34,247 bases of DNA from Octopus bimaculoides (lineage: Eukaryota): assembly GCF_001194135.2 (NCBI RefSeq), contig NC_068983.1, positions 161,582,620 to 161,616,866 on the forward strand, in the 5' to 3' direction. Both the position numbers and the translations under genes were made by a program. Positions within the stretch are counted from its first letter, which is position 1, and every line of letters starts with the position of its first letter. Positions 10,301 through 22,300 of the stretch are shown one piece after another. The notes under the pieces were generated by a model. It ran no database searches and was not told the DNA's origin. It was given only the letters and a program-made list of their open reading frames with translations.

Positions 10301-13300
10301 ACGACGGGCTTCTTTCAGTTTCCGTCTACCAAATCCACTCACAAGGCTTTGGTCGGCCCGAGGCTATAGTAGAAGACACTTGCCCAAGATGCCACGCAGT
10401 GGGACTGAACCCGGAACCATGTGGTTGGTAAGCAAGCTACTTACCACACAGCCACTCCTGCGCCAGGTCAGATTTGTCAAGTCCTCTACCCTTTAATCAT
10501 CATTGTCATTGCATAAATCTGCTCAATCACATTCACTTGGGCCTAAACAACAGCATTTACTGTTATGTTTCTTCAATTTTGTAGGCTGTGACTTATTATG
10601 AAGCGGCAATCCGATCTGGAAATCAGAGTCAGTTTTGGTATGAAGTCATCTTTTGTTTACTTCAATATTTTAGGCTCATATCTGAGACTATGGTGGTTGT
10701 TATACTAAATTTTTTTTTAACTTTAATTATAACCAAGCTGTGAAACTGTAGATGAATAGAGAAATTTTAAAATGTATTGCTAACTTACATACAGTGAATT
10801 TTATCTGCCCCTGAAAATCACACCTGTTCTCATCAGACCATGATAATTGCTAATTCTGGGGAGAAGTAACCCGCTTTCTTACAATTACAACTCTGAATTG
10901 AAATATTAAGTCAAGAGAATGTATTTGTTCCTAGGATGACAAATGAGAAAGTAAACATTTGTTATAACAGTTTCTAATTCAACTTCTTTACAAATATACT
11001 CTGCACATTTTATATATAGATAGATAGATAGATAGACAGATAGATCTAAACAGTTTGATTCAGAATCCTCGGTACTCTGAGTTTCAAGCGTGTGTCTAGT
11101 CTTTGGCCATTGGAGTCTGAATGAGAGACCGATTGAAGAGAGTCAATGTTTATTGCTGAACGTTAGCCTGTAAAAGATTGGGAGAGGTCGTGTGGTATTA
11201 ACGTCAGTATTTTAGCGACAGCAGTTAGATGGAAAATACCGCATGATGAAGAGGAAATCAGCCGCATGGGGCTCAAGACATCATTTGTGTGGTTTGCAGG
11301 CGGGAGGGGGCGGTAGATGTGGGAGTATATATGCATATGTATACATGTATATGCCTATATATCTGCGTATAAGCATCAGTACTTATACTAGTGTGTACGT
11401 ATGCTTAGATGTACATTCACACATCCACATGCATACATGCACACACACACACACACACACGTGCACATATATACACACATGACACATACATGCATGCGTG
11501 CTCACCTTTATCTCCATGTACATAGGCACACACACAAATATGGATTCACATGTATATGAGCATGCACACATGCCCACACATACACATCTGGGCACATGCA
11601 TACGATGTGCAAATGCATATACATACTCACATACATGCATGCGCATGCACACATACACTCATGGTCATGCACAAGGGGTGAGAGTATGTGGGTAGACAGG
11701 TTGAGGCTCGGGGATTTGTGGTGCTGTTCATGGGGTTTAATTTGCAATGGTGTATGTGGTGCTAGGGGTGTCTGGTACTGAGGAGGTATATCTGGATTGT
11801 CGGCAGCCAGTAGCTTGAAATTTACCAGAAGCATGTATCTCTGGTGACAGCAATAGGATACCTCATATTTCTTGTTGATGGATACTATGGAATGGTAGAT
11901 GATAAGCAGTTTTTTGTGGTGGCACCCTGTTGATAATAGTCCACTTGATACTGCGTTTTCGTCTCAGAGGTCACAAAGTCTCCAGAGAAAGCATGACAGA
12001 GAAGTGGAGTTCTCTCTGTCAAGCGCTAAGAATATCTTCCCTTGAAGTCATTGGCTATCATGCCCATGTAGTGCCTAGTAATACCATTGGATGGTGTAAG
12101 GGTGACTCTGTATACTACAGCCCTTGTGAGCAGGATCCTCCTAGAGGACAGGTGGTAGGTTTTGGGAAGTTGCAAGTTGTGGTTGGGGGTTGTGTGGATG
12201 CCTTTTATGTCTGTTGATGCATGTGATATTAGATGCGATGTTGTCTAAGCAGGAGTAACTTACCTTCACATTATAGGGTTTGAAGAGTTTGTAATACTTA
12301 TGGCCTCTAGGGAAATGTTTCTTTTTTAATGACAGGAAGCCCCTCGCTACGTTGGCAGAAACATAGAGGAGGGGCTTAGATGTGAATTTGCAAGCTGATT
12401 TATTCTCAATACCCTATTCTTAGCTACACTGAAGTTTCATTCAGTCAACCCTGTTGCCCTTCTGATGTCAGAGTTGATAGTATTGAGAATATACTTGCTA
12501 ATAATACCTATCTTGCTTTTAGAGGTGTTGGATTCTCTATCTTAAGGCAGGTGGCTAGCTGCTTTGCTTCTGTGTTTATGTCATTGTATTTGGAATTATA
12601 TATTTTTTTTGTATGTTTTATTGGTGGCACTTAGTATTTAGTTTTCACTTAGTATTATAAACACTGTTCACTGTTCTTTGTTTGGTTTTCTAGCATTGAT
12701 CTTGCTGAACTGCTGTTTCGTTTGAAACAATATGACAAATCAGAGAAGATACTTAAGCATGTGTTAGAAGAAGATATATTATGTGAGTTGATCTGAAATT
12801 TCATCCATTGCATCTACATCGAGCACAAATTTTAGCATATTTCTTTTCTTTTTGATGTTCTATTTTCCTAATGGAAAGCCAAAATACTAGAATCAATAAT
12901 TTCAAGAAAGCTTATAGAATGTCATGTGTTGATGGCTTATTCTATTTTGTTAAAAAAAAAAAAACTATTTTTGTTGCCTCTAGTGATATGAGGGTGGGCT
13001 GAAAAGTTCATAGGCTGACTATGACAGTGATGCCAGAGCTGTGAAATCTTGCATGCATTAATTTCAGCTCTTATGAATAACTGTATTGTTTCTTTCCAAG
13101 TAAATTGATATCTGACTGTTCAAATAAGACTTCAAAAGTAACTAGTAGTGGCTTCTCTTGCAAATGGACAAAGTTTGGCATCATGGTGTTATCAAGTACC
13201 TGCAGAAAAAGGGTTTAGCCCCCAACAACAGTCATGTGAATGGTTGCTACATTAGAGGATTACACTCCAGCTTTATCAACAGTGCAAAAGTGGGCAACTG

Positions 13301-16300
13301 AATTTAGGAAGGAAGGAATAGTCTTGAAGATGACCCAAGATCTGGATATCCCGCAACGGCCACCACAAGGAAAATATTGGTTGTGTTCTACACATGGTGA
13401 TGGATAACAGGCAATTGACTATAAGTCAAATAGCATATTCTGTGAGAGTTGAGAATATTCTGCACAATGAACTTGGCATGATGAAGGTTTCTGCTTGATG
13501 GATGTCATGTCTTCTGACACCTGAACAAAAAGGCACCAGGTTGATCACATCACGGGAAAATCTAACATTGTTTTAAGCAGATCCTGCTGGTTTCCTTGAA
13601 TGTTTCCTAATCCTAGATCAGTGTTAGATTGATCTCCTTCCAGCTACTTCCACCCACTATTGTATGAGGCTGGATCTCCTTGTATCTCTTTTCTTGTAAG
13701 GTGTCTGTACCTGACCTCGCAACACCTAGCATAAACTCACTTCTCCCCATTCTACTAAAACTCCTCTCAGTTGAAGAGGCTTTGTCATTCAAGCTACTTC
13801 TCAACTTCACTTGTGTGAAAATAGCACCCAGTACACTCCTTGAGGTGGATGGTGTTCAGAAGAGCATCCAATCACAGAAACCATGCCAAAGCAGACGCTG
13901 GAGCCTGATGCCATGCTCTAGTTTGTTGGATCCTGTCAAACCATTCAACCCACACCAGCATGGAAGATGGATGTTAAATGATGATCTTTATAACAGACTA
14001 TATCCTTGGATGTCCTTTATTATCAGAAATGTTGCTACATATGTTTTTATTTAGTGAGTTGCATTATCTACACTGGATTGCCTCTTTTCATATCATAACC
14101 CTTAATTATTTTGCATATTCCATGCTAGTGCCATGTATAAAGCACTCATGCTGGTACCACATATAAAGCACCCATGCTGGTGCCATGTAATAGCATTGGT
14201 ATCGGTACCACATAAAAAGCATCCAGTACATTTTGTAAGGTGGTTGGCATTAGGAAGAGCATCCAGCATTAGAAACCATGTTAAAACAGACAATTGGAGC
14301 CTGGTCAGCTCCTGTCAAACCTTCCAACCCTTGCCAGAATAGAAAGCAGATATGTTAAATGATGTTGTAGTGATGACGATATTTCTTATAAGTAAATAAA
14401 ACACTTAAGCCAAATATACCATGATGTCTGATCTTACCTTAACTATCCATGTGTTTTTTTATTGCCATATATTCTCTGAAATATTTCAAACATTGATCAT
14501 GACTGTAGTTGTGAAAAGATGAATACAAATGCCTTCAAAATTTCCAGCTTCTTATTTCAAAACACTACAACTTTTATGATTTATAAATATGACAATTATA
14601 TATAATAAAAGCTCAACTTTTTATTTCTTTTCATTTCCACTGTGATTAATCTTCATTTTCTATTTATTGATTGCCATTAGATTCTGATTTGGATACCATG
14701 ATTATACATGCTAATTGTATGGCTCTCTTGGCCAGACTATACCAACAAATACACTGCAATGAAGCGGCAATGTTATATTTCTCTAAAGCTAAAGATCTGC
14801 AAATAAAGTAAGTGGTTTCCTATCATAAAGTATGCAACATAGTATATAGTTCTTTTACATTATCACAAACACTTCACACTAACTGATTCTTTCATTGAAA
14901 GTAAATAAGCATATCTTTGTGCAAGTATGTGCAAATTTGTGTATAATTGTTTCTTCCTCTCTATTTTTTGCTGAAGTTTTGCTGAGTCATAAAATTATAT
15001 GAAGTGCAGATATGATTGTGTTATTATGAAGGTCGCCTCCGTTTCAGGTTCAATCCCACTATGTAACACCTTGAACAAATGTCTTTTACTACTGCCCTGG
15101 GCCAACCAAAACCTTGTGAGTGGATTTGGTTGCTGGAAACTGGACGGAGCTTATTGCATATATATGTATGGGTGTGTGTATATGTTTTAGTGTCTCCTCA
15201 TCTCAACGTTACATGACAGTTGCAAACAAGTGTCAGTGTCAAGCAAATGGAGTCCTTCAATTCCAGTCTTCCATGAAAATATGTTTGGCTTGTGGAACTG
15301 TTACCTTCTTTGGAAACAGGTGAGGGTTAACAACAGGAAGGAAATCTAGCCATAGAAAATCTGCTTCAGTAAATTTCACTCAACTCCTGCAAGCATAGAA
15401 AAGTGGACTTTATAAATCCTTAATAAAAAAAGCAAAACTTCAATACAGTTAGTTGCATTTTTAAGAATGTGTGTGTGTGTGTAGCATTTTATATATATGT
15501 TTTGTGATAGTTGTTACCTCCAATCTATGGTTTTGCACCAAGATCCTGATATTTGGACACAGTGATTTTAAATGGATTTTTTGGAACATTCAACAAAGCA
15601 GGAAACCAGATGGCTTGGTATGTCAAGTAATGTTAGAGTTTGATGTTTTTGCTGTCTTGTTTTAAGACAACAAAGTACCAGTTGCATTACAAGTAGTGGG
15701 GACCAGTTCGGGAACTTTTTTTTTTTTTTTTGTGAGAAGTAAATTATTGTCAATTTTCAGTTGCAGTGCTTTTGATCAAGTGACTGGTTATACAGGGCAA
15801 TTATTCATGCACTCTCAGAGTGGTTGGTGTTAGGAAGGGCATCCAGCTGTAGAAACTCTGCCAGATCAGATTGGAGCCTGGTGTAGCCATCCGGTTTCAC
15901 CAGTCCTCAGTCAAATCGTCCAACCCATGCTAGCATGGAAAGCGGACGTTAAACGATGATGATGATGATGATGATGATGAGTGACTTAAGGGAAAGAACC
16001 CAGTATTTCAACGATTGTAATTATCTCCTCATCAATTTTTTCTGTTAGTACATTGTTGGAGAATTTATTGAGACATATAGTATTTCTGAACAAGGGAGTT
16101 TTGTAATTGACTTCTCTATTATTCCTATTCTGTTATTGATAATCAAAGGGAGTAATTACTTTACCACACAAGTTATGCTCATGCATTACCAGTGAAGTGA
16201 CTTTCTACAAGAAAAGAACAAAACACAATAGTAAAAAACACTCACTAAACACCTTGCGCCTGTGATTTATTGTATAAAATGCAATGTGGCAATATAGTCA

Positions 16301-19300
16301 TTTTGCATTTTCTCCACTAGCTAGTCTGTTACTGTTTGAAGGTTCTGGTGCTGGTCACAATAGAAGTGATCAAGGTTCTCTCAAGTGAAATGTGACAGCT
16401 GTTCCCTTTCATTTATCATTGGTTGTGTGCATTCCTCTTAGTTGGACTGAGTGGGATTGCTGGTCTCTTTGTGGGTAATTCAGCATACTGTGTCAGTTGG
16501 CAGTTACTGCAACAAGAAACTGTTTCCTTCGAATATACAGTCCTTCATTTTTGATATTCTACAGAAAATAAAAGACCACCTAGACACTTGCGATGTATAT
16601 GTGAAAAATAAAATTCTCAGTAAAATAGATTTCCTCAAATGTTACCCACCCATGTAAACAGACTATTTTACTGCTACAATTAATGTGTTCTTCATATTAT
16701 TTCTGTTTCTGAGTTTAATTAATATTACTATATTTTTCCCTAGAATTTATCAAAGGATTCAAACTGAACAACCTGATGCTGTAGCTTCTCAAAAACAAAC
16801 TATTACAAAGTAAATATTCCATCATTGAACATTTTTTTAATTCTTATATTAACACGCTTCCTTTTTATTTTCATTCTAACTCATAACAAAGTTACAACTT
16901 ACAGCACTTCTTACAACTGAATAAAATTCACTGCACACACACACACACTTTATTATTAAAGCTGCAAAAGCATCACAAAAATATCACAAAAAAACTACTA
17001 CTCAGAGTTTCACGTTTCTGCTCATCAGACAGTTGTGATCAAGATGAACAGGAACATGAAACACTGAGTAGCAGACTTTTGTAATATTTTTGTGATGATT
17101 TTGCAGTGTCTAATAATAAAGCATATTACTCTACCTCTGGTATTCGAGTACTATTTTTTTCCCACCTTGTTTCACATTTATTTGCTTACTTGCGAGTATG
17201 TATGGTTAAGCTTAAAGATGAGTTAATATCGTCTTTCTTCCTTAGGCCCATAATTCTTTGAGGTGGAACTAGCTCAAGCCATTCCTGTATCTGCTCAATC
17301 AGTTATTTTTACTTTTTCATCAGTAAACTAGATGCATAAATTGCAGGAATAACAATCTTTTATTTTTGTTTTTGCATCATTGGTGTTTCCTACTTGAAAC
17401 TACTTCTTAATATCTTTTCCACAATTTTCTAGATAGTTTAACTAAATCTTGGTCCTGCATCTAAATAGAAATATATTTTAGATTTATCTAAAGGAAGATG
17501 AATTATGATAAAATATGAATTTTTAGAAGATTATGAAGTTTAAAATATCCTAAAATGTTCCTTTGATTTTAAAATAAGTAATAATTTGTTTTGCAGAATT
17601 TGTTGTGAATTAGCTAAACATTCATTTGTGATGCAGGAGAGTGACAGAGCAATGTCATTCTATAACGAAGCACTTACTTTTAATGATGGAGATGTGGAGG
17701 TATGTCTGAAAAGCTTTCTATTTGTGATTTTAGACGAGACAGAACTTCAACACGCATGCACACACACACACATACACACACACACACGTTTCTAAATTAA
17801 CAATTCTGAATGTAAGTGGCTGTTTTCATGGCAGCAACTCTGAGGATATCCAAAAGTTGTGTGTCTTGATGATAATTTGGCGGGTGGTAAACAACTCCAA
17901 GTAGAAGTGTTGACATGATCATGTGTATATTGCAGAAAAATACTTCCTGCTCAGATTGGTTCAAATCATCACAAGGAATTGCTGATAGGTTTGAATGAAC
18001 ATAGACTATCACCCACCCATAATTTTTGTATTGCCAGTTATTGTGGGTGCAGTATGCTCAGACCAACTGATATCCCTTATCCATGACTCACCAGACTTGA
18101 CGAATTTCCATATTTGCCCATTGTCGCATAGGCTAAAGCTTTCCTGTGGCACAGAGTTGCAATTTAGGGAAGCTACAGTTCTTAGCTTTGGGTGTACATC
18201 AGGTGGTAGGCCTGGGCATGTCCGAAAGGTAATTCTGCTTTTGCGCCGAGCCCTATCAGCGGCTAGATGGTATGCCCGCGCCTCAGTAGAATTCGAAAAC
18301 GACAGCCGAATCAGTCTGGGTTTGGATCCTGGTCGGCCAAGGCGGAAAGCACTTTTTGGAGTAACACAGCTTAAGTCCTTAGATGTGTTGCCAGTAAATG
18401 CCTGTAGATCAACTATATCTTCCGATACTCCGATGACAATTACCTCATGGGTGGTTGATTCAGTGGCTTCTTCGATGTGTCTAGGTTCAGTAAGAGCTAT
18501 GGGTAAAATGTTGAGCAAGACACTCCGATACAATCACTCATTGTGAGGTTTTGCACAGACGCTGGTTTTGATTCCTGCTATTTCTCGGCTTAAAGCAGAA
18601 ATCATTTGTCAAATTTCCGCAACTTCTCTACTGATGGTCGATTTTTGTTGGTGTTGAGAAGTGTCAGGAGAGGAGGGCATGGTTGGCTTTTGTTCCTGTT
18701 GATGTTCTTCAGCTGGAATGGTCAATTTTTGTTGTTGAAGAATGACAGGGCAGGAAGACACGGGCGGCTTTAGCTTTTGTTGATGTTCTTCAACAGGAAT
18801 GGTCGATTTTTGTTGCTGTTGTTGAAGAGTGACAGGGGAGGAAGACACAGACGGCTTTAGTTTTTGTTGTTCTTCTTCATCAACAGAACTGGTATTGGGA
18901 GACATAGTAGTCAGTTTTAGTTGCTGTCCAGCAGCAATGGCAGAGGAAGACACAGTTGTTGGTTTTTGTTGTTGCTGTTCAGCAGCAATGGTAGCAAAGG
19001 ACACATATGTCAGACACTGAAATGACCAGTTTAGTAGCTGGACCATTTCCCAGAGTTTAGCCATCTCAAAAGTATGGCGTCCTTATTTTTGACCTGGGAT
19101 CTTTTGAAAGTTTGTGGCACATTGAAAACAGATGGAAACATGACATTTACTGCATTCAATCCATCTATTTCGGAAGGAATTTTCGAGTTCTGTGCATAAA
19201 TGACAGATGTGATTTGCCTGGCAACGCTCTATTTTGGGACAATGGTCCACTGTTTAACAGATTCAGAGAGCACCTGTTTAATGTGCAACACTATAATCCA

Positions 19301-22300
19301 GACCATATAAACCTTCTGAATAATCACCACTTCTTGTCGTTGGTTTACTCCAGCATCAAGGTTCCTCTTTCACTAGGCTTCTTTGTGAACAGTAACTGAT
19401 TTTCTTTTTGTGTGTTTTCTTCCTCTGGTGTCCACAACCATTTATTTTCCCTCATATTTCTTCTCATCTCCTTTTATTAGTACATACTCATTTTCTTTAA
19501 ACTCCCTCACCACTACACACATGTCTACATATGCTATGATCAACTCTGCCACTGCTAGTTTTTATTTTTATTTTTTATTTTTTTTTTGTCTTAACAAAAT
19601 TTTGATTTTTTTTTTTTTTTTGTCTTTAGTCAGTATGTGCTATTTCCTATTTGATTCTATCTAGAAATCAAAGGAAATGACTGTTGTTCTCTTCAAAGTT
19701 AGCTTTTGTAATCTGGACATCAATGTTTTGAAACTGACCTATTTTCCATTACATTTCAGACAGATTCAGTGTTGAGTTGCTGAAGCAGTAATATCGTTAT
19801 AGCAAATATTCTGATCAATAGCACAGATTTGCTTGTCAGTTGCTTGACCTTAACCACTTGAGCATGTTGCTTAGTGGCTGACAATGTGTGCATCTCTGAA
19901 CAAGAGTAGTGGGGAAGCATCATAGCCATGTGTTGAGAAGTTTTGAATAAATGTAACAAAAGCAAAGTTTGAAGGAAATGTTAGCCATTTTTCATACTTT
20001 CTGGAAGTAAACAAATAAGAAATAACAGTTGTTACCCAAGGACAAAAGTCATGTTAGTGTAATCAACGTTTCTACACACCATCCATCTCTCCTGTCTTCT
20101 ACTCAGAAATTACATGCTCATCTACCCACTTCCTTCATTCATCATTACCATATTTTTAAGATAAAAATAATTTTTTTCCTTGTTTGTTATCTTTCTTTGT
20201 TCTGATAAAAGCCTGTACCCAAAACTGCAATAGGTTTCCATCATAACAAAATGCATTGAGTTTACATTTATTTTTCATTAGAAAATGAAAGAAAAGGGAA
20301 ATGAAGACAGCTTCTATATATTACAAAAAAACCTTTATATTTCAGGCACAAAATCCTATCTTCAGAAGGAAGCAATCCAAGAAATGTGTATTCACATCAA
20401 TCTCTGCATTGTTAGAGGCTCTCTTTGTTTCCCTTTTCATTTTCTACTTCTGTACTACACTGCTTCAAGCAAACTACTATGTAGTTATCTTTAATTATTT
20501 TTATTACTTTTCATATTTAGCTTTTTAGCTTTGTAGGTAGATGTTAAAAGTTCTTGAAAGAGTACGTTCTGTTATGCTAAACTATTACTTTGCCCCTATT
20601 ATAAACTGATTGTATGTATGTACTAGCTGTAACTTCTAAAAAATTCTTTATTTATGTAGGTTATGCTGGAGTTAGCTAAAGTTTATCTTGTGTCTGGAGA
20701 CTTGGACAGCTGTCAATCACAGTGCTTATCATTGTTAAAAAAAGACAAGGACAATGTTGCAGCAATTATGGTGAGTATTTATATTCTGTTAATTTTGGGT
20801 CATTTGGAGGAATTAGGAGATCAGTGACATTAAAACTGTATGTGATGTTTGCAGCAATACTGATACATTAACATCATCTAATACAGCGGTATCTTGTTGC
20901 TCTCACAGTCACTTCTAGGGTGATTTCATTTCGCCTAGCTCTTAAGTATATTGTTTTCTTACACAATACATCTATAAAGTGATTTTTCCCAAGTAAAAAC
21001 TGCAGCTTTTGGCATTTCAACAGCAAATACTTGAAGTAAGTTATATTGATAAAGATTTTGTTATGGAGCTGCTTCTGTTGCATAATTCAAACATGTCATA
21101 CTTTGAAAAATAAATTTAATTAAATGTAAATGTGATGGTTTTATTTAACTTTTTTTAACATTTCAGATGCTTTCAAATGTATATTTTTATAAAAATTCAT
21201 TTGAAGAGGCCATCAAACATTATAAGCAGCTGCTGGAGAAGAAACCAGGTGAGACTACATGTTTAACTTTGCAATAGTATAAGAAAGCGTTCATGTAGCT
21301 ACTCAAACTATTAGAAAAGCAGTCAAATCTCCATGGGTACATGTTGGTTTCGTCTGAATAAAAGACAAAATGTCTTTCATCATAAATTTCCTCAAATAGG
21401 GATGATTAAGGGCTCAACAATGATAAAATACTAGAGTGTCAAGAGAATGAATACAGTAACTTGACCTGCTAGAAATAGTACATCTCTCTCAAATACACTT
21501 TCACTCTTTTGCTAAGGTGAGGAAAACACTTGCATTTTTTCATAGAAGGCCATTTAGAAATGTAAAAAGTGAATGTAAAGGAAGAATAAATTTTGCAGAC
21601 ATTTAAAATGATAATAAAAGATTACAAGAAAATGGAATACAACACGTACTGATTTACTGTCTAATGCTTCTTTGTATTCAGGCTTTGCTAAATTAAGTGT
21701 TCACATTATCAAAAATATAGTGAAAGTTTCTCTTCCTATGAAAAAGTGAAAGTATTTTCCTAGAAAATGAAATTATGAGTGAACAAAAGTATTCAATCAT
21801 AATAATAAAATGAATAGTGGATAGTAGGGTATTGGTTGGATACAATACAGTATTCAGTACAATGAAAGCATATTGACCTGGTTTTTTAAGATGATCTTTG
21901 CCTAAGTTAAGATAACCAAGGTACATCCTATCACTAGGGCACCCTTACAATTTAGATTTGTGCCCAAGAAAAGAAAATATAATTCTGTGGTTACTCATCA
22001 AAGGAATTATACAGACCTTTGCAATATCTAAAAGTTTTCCAAAATTAAATCATTTAAAATATTTAATTTCTTTTCTTTCTCTTTTTGTTTAATTCCAGCT
22101 TAGCTGAACTAGTTTAACTCTAGGTTAGCCTGTTCAGATCTTTGATCAAAAGTCTAAAATAAATATTTGTTAAATTCTTGCAGATAATTATGAAGTTCTT
22201 GCTAAACTTATTGATGCTATGAAATGCAATGGGCAACTTGATGAAGTGCCAAAGTTCCTGGAGTCTATGAAAGAGGCTTTCACATGTGCAAAAATGGAAG

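Larger units (their letters stand above)
11050..12590 (-). mobile_element. Penelope-like element 3' part: GIY-YIG endonuclease relic and 3' UTR
   Basis: Minus strand: [16 protein letters not shown] (Cys linker), [30 protein letters not shown] (GIY-YIG), [28 protein letters not shown] (cf. LNKRSELISKCRH..KFLLSN), then a CA/TA-rich UTR. Boundaries are approximate. Confidence 0.82.
16948..17121. repeat. 174-bp imperfect palindrome (about 80-bp arms), probably a Penelope-derived inverted terminal element
   Basis: Left arm ctttattattaaagctgcaaaagcatcacaaaaatatcacaaaaaaactactactcagagtttcacg aligns with the reverse complement of the right arm, ctttattattagacactgcaaaatcatcacaaaaatattacaaaagtctgctactcagtgtttcatg. 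Confidence 0.9.

Noticed and set aside
10826-10840. Other CTGATGA words (10830 minus, 5576, 17326 minus, 23686, 26132, 30243) as hammerheads
   Set aside because: None is followed by a stem II, GAAA and NUH arrangement.
11243-11834. Cluster of 61-108 aa ORFs rich in H/T/C/V/Y/M
   Set aside because: Translations of (CA)/(TG)/(TA) microsatellite; only the first residues of 11508-11834 belong to the Penelope relic.
16020-16680. Non-AT-rich stretch, possibly an old LTR or other relic (similar case at 24640-25400)
   Set aside because: No termini, TSD, protein motif or second copy that I could identify; left unannotated.
17995-18546. 183-aa plus-strand ORF
   Set aside because: Antisense shadow of LINE ORF1; no independent motifs.
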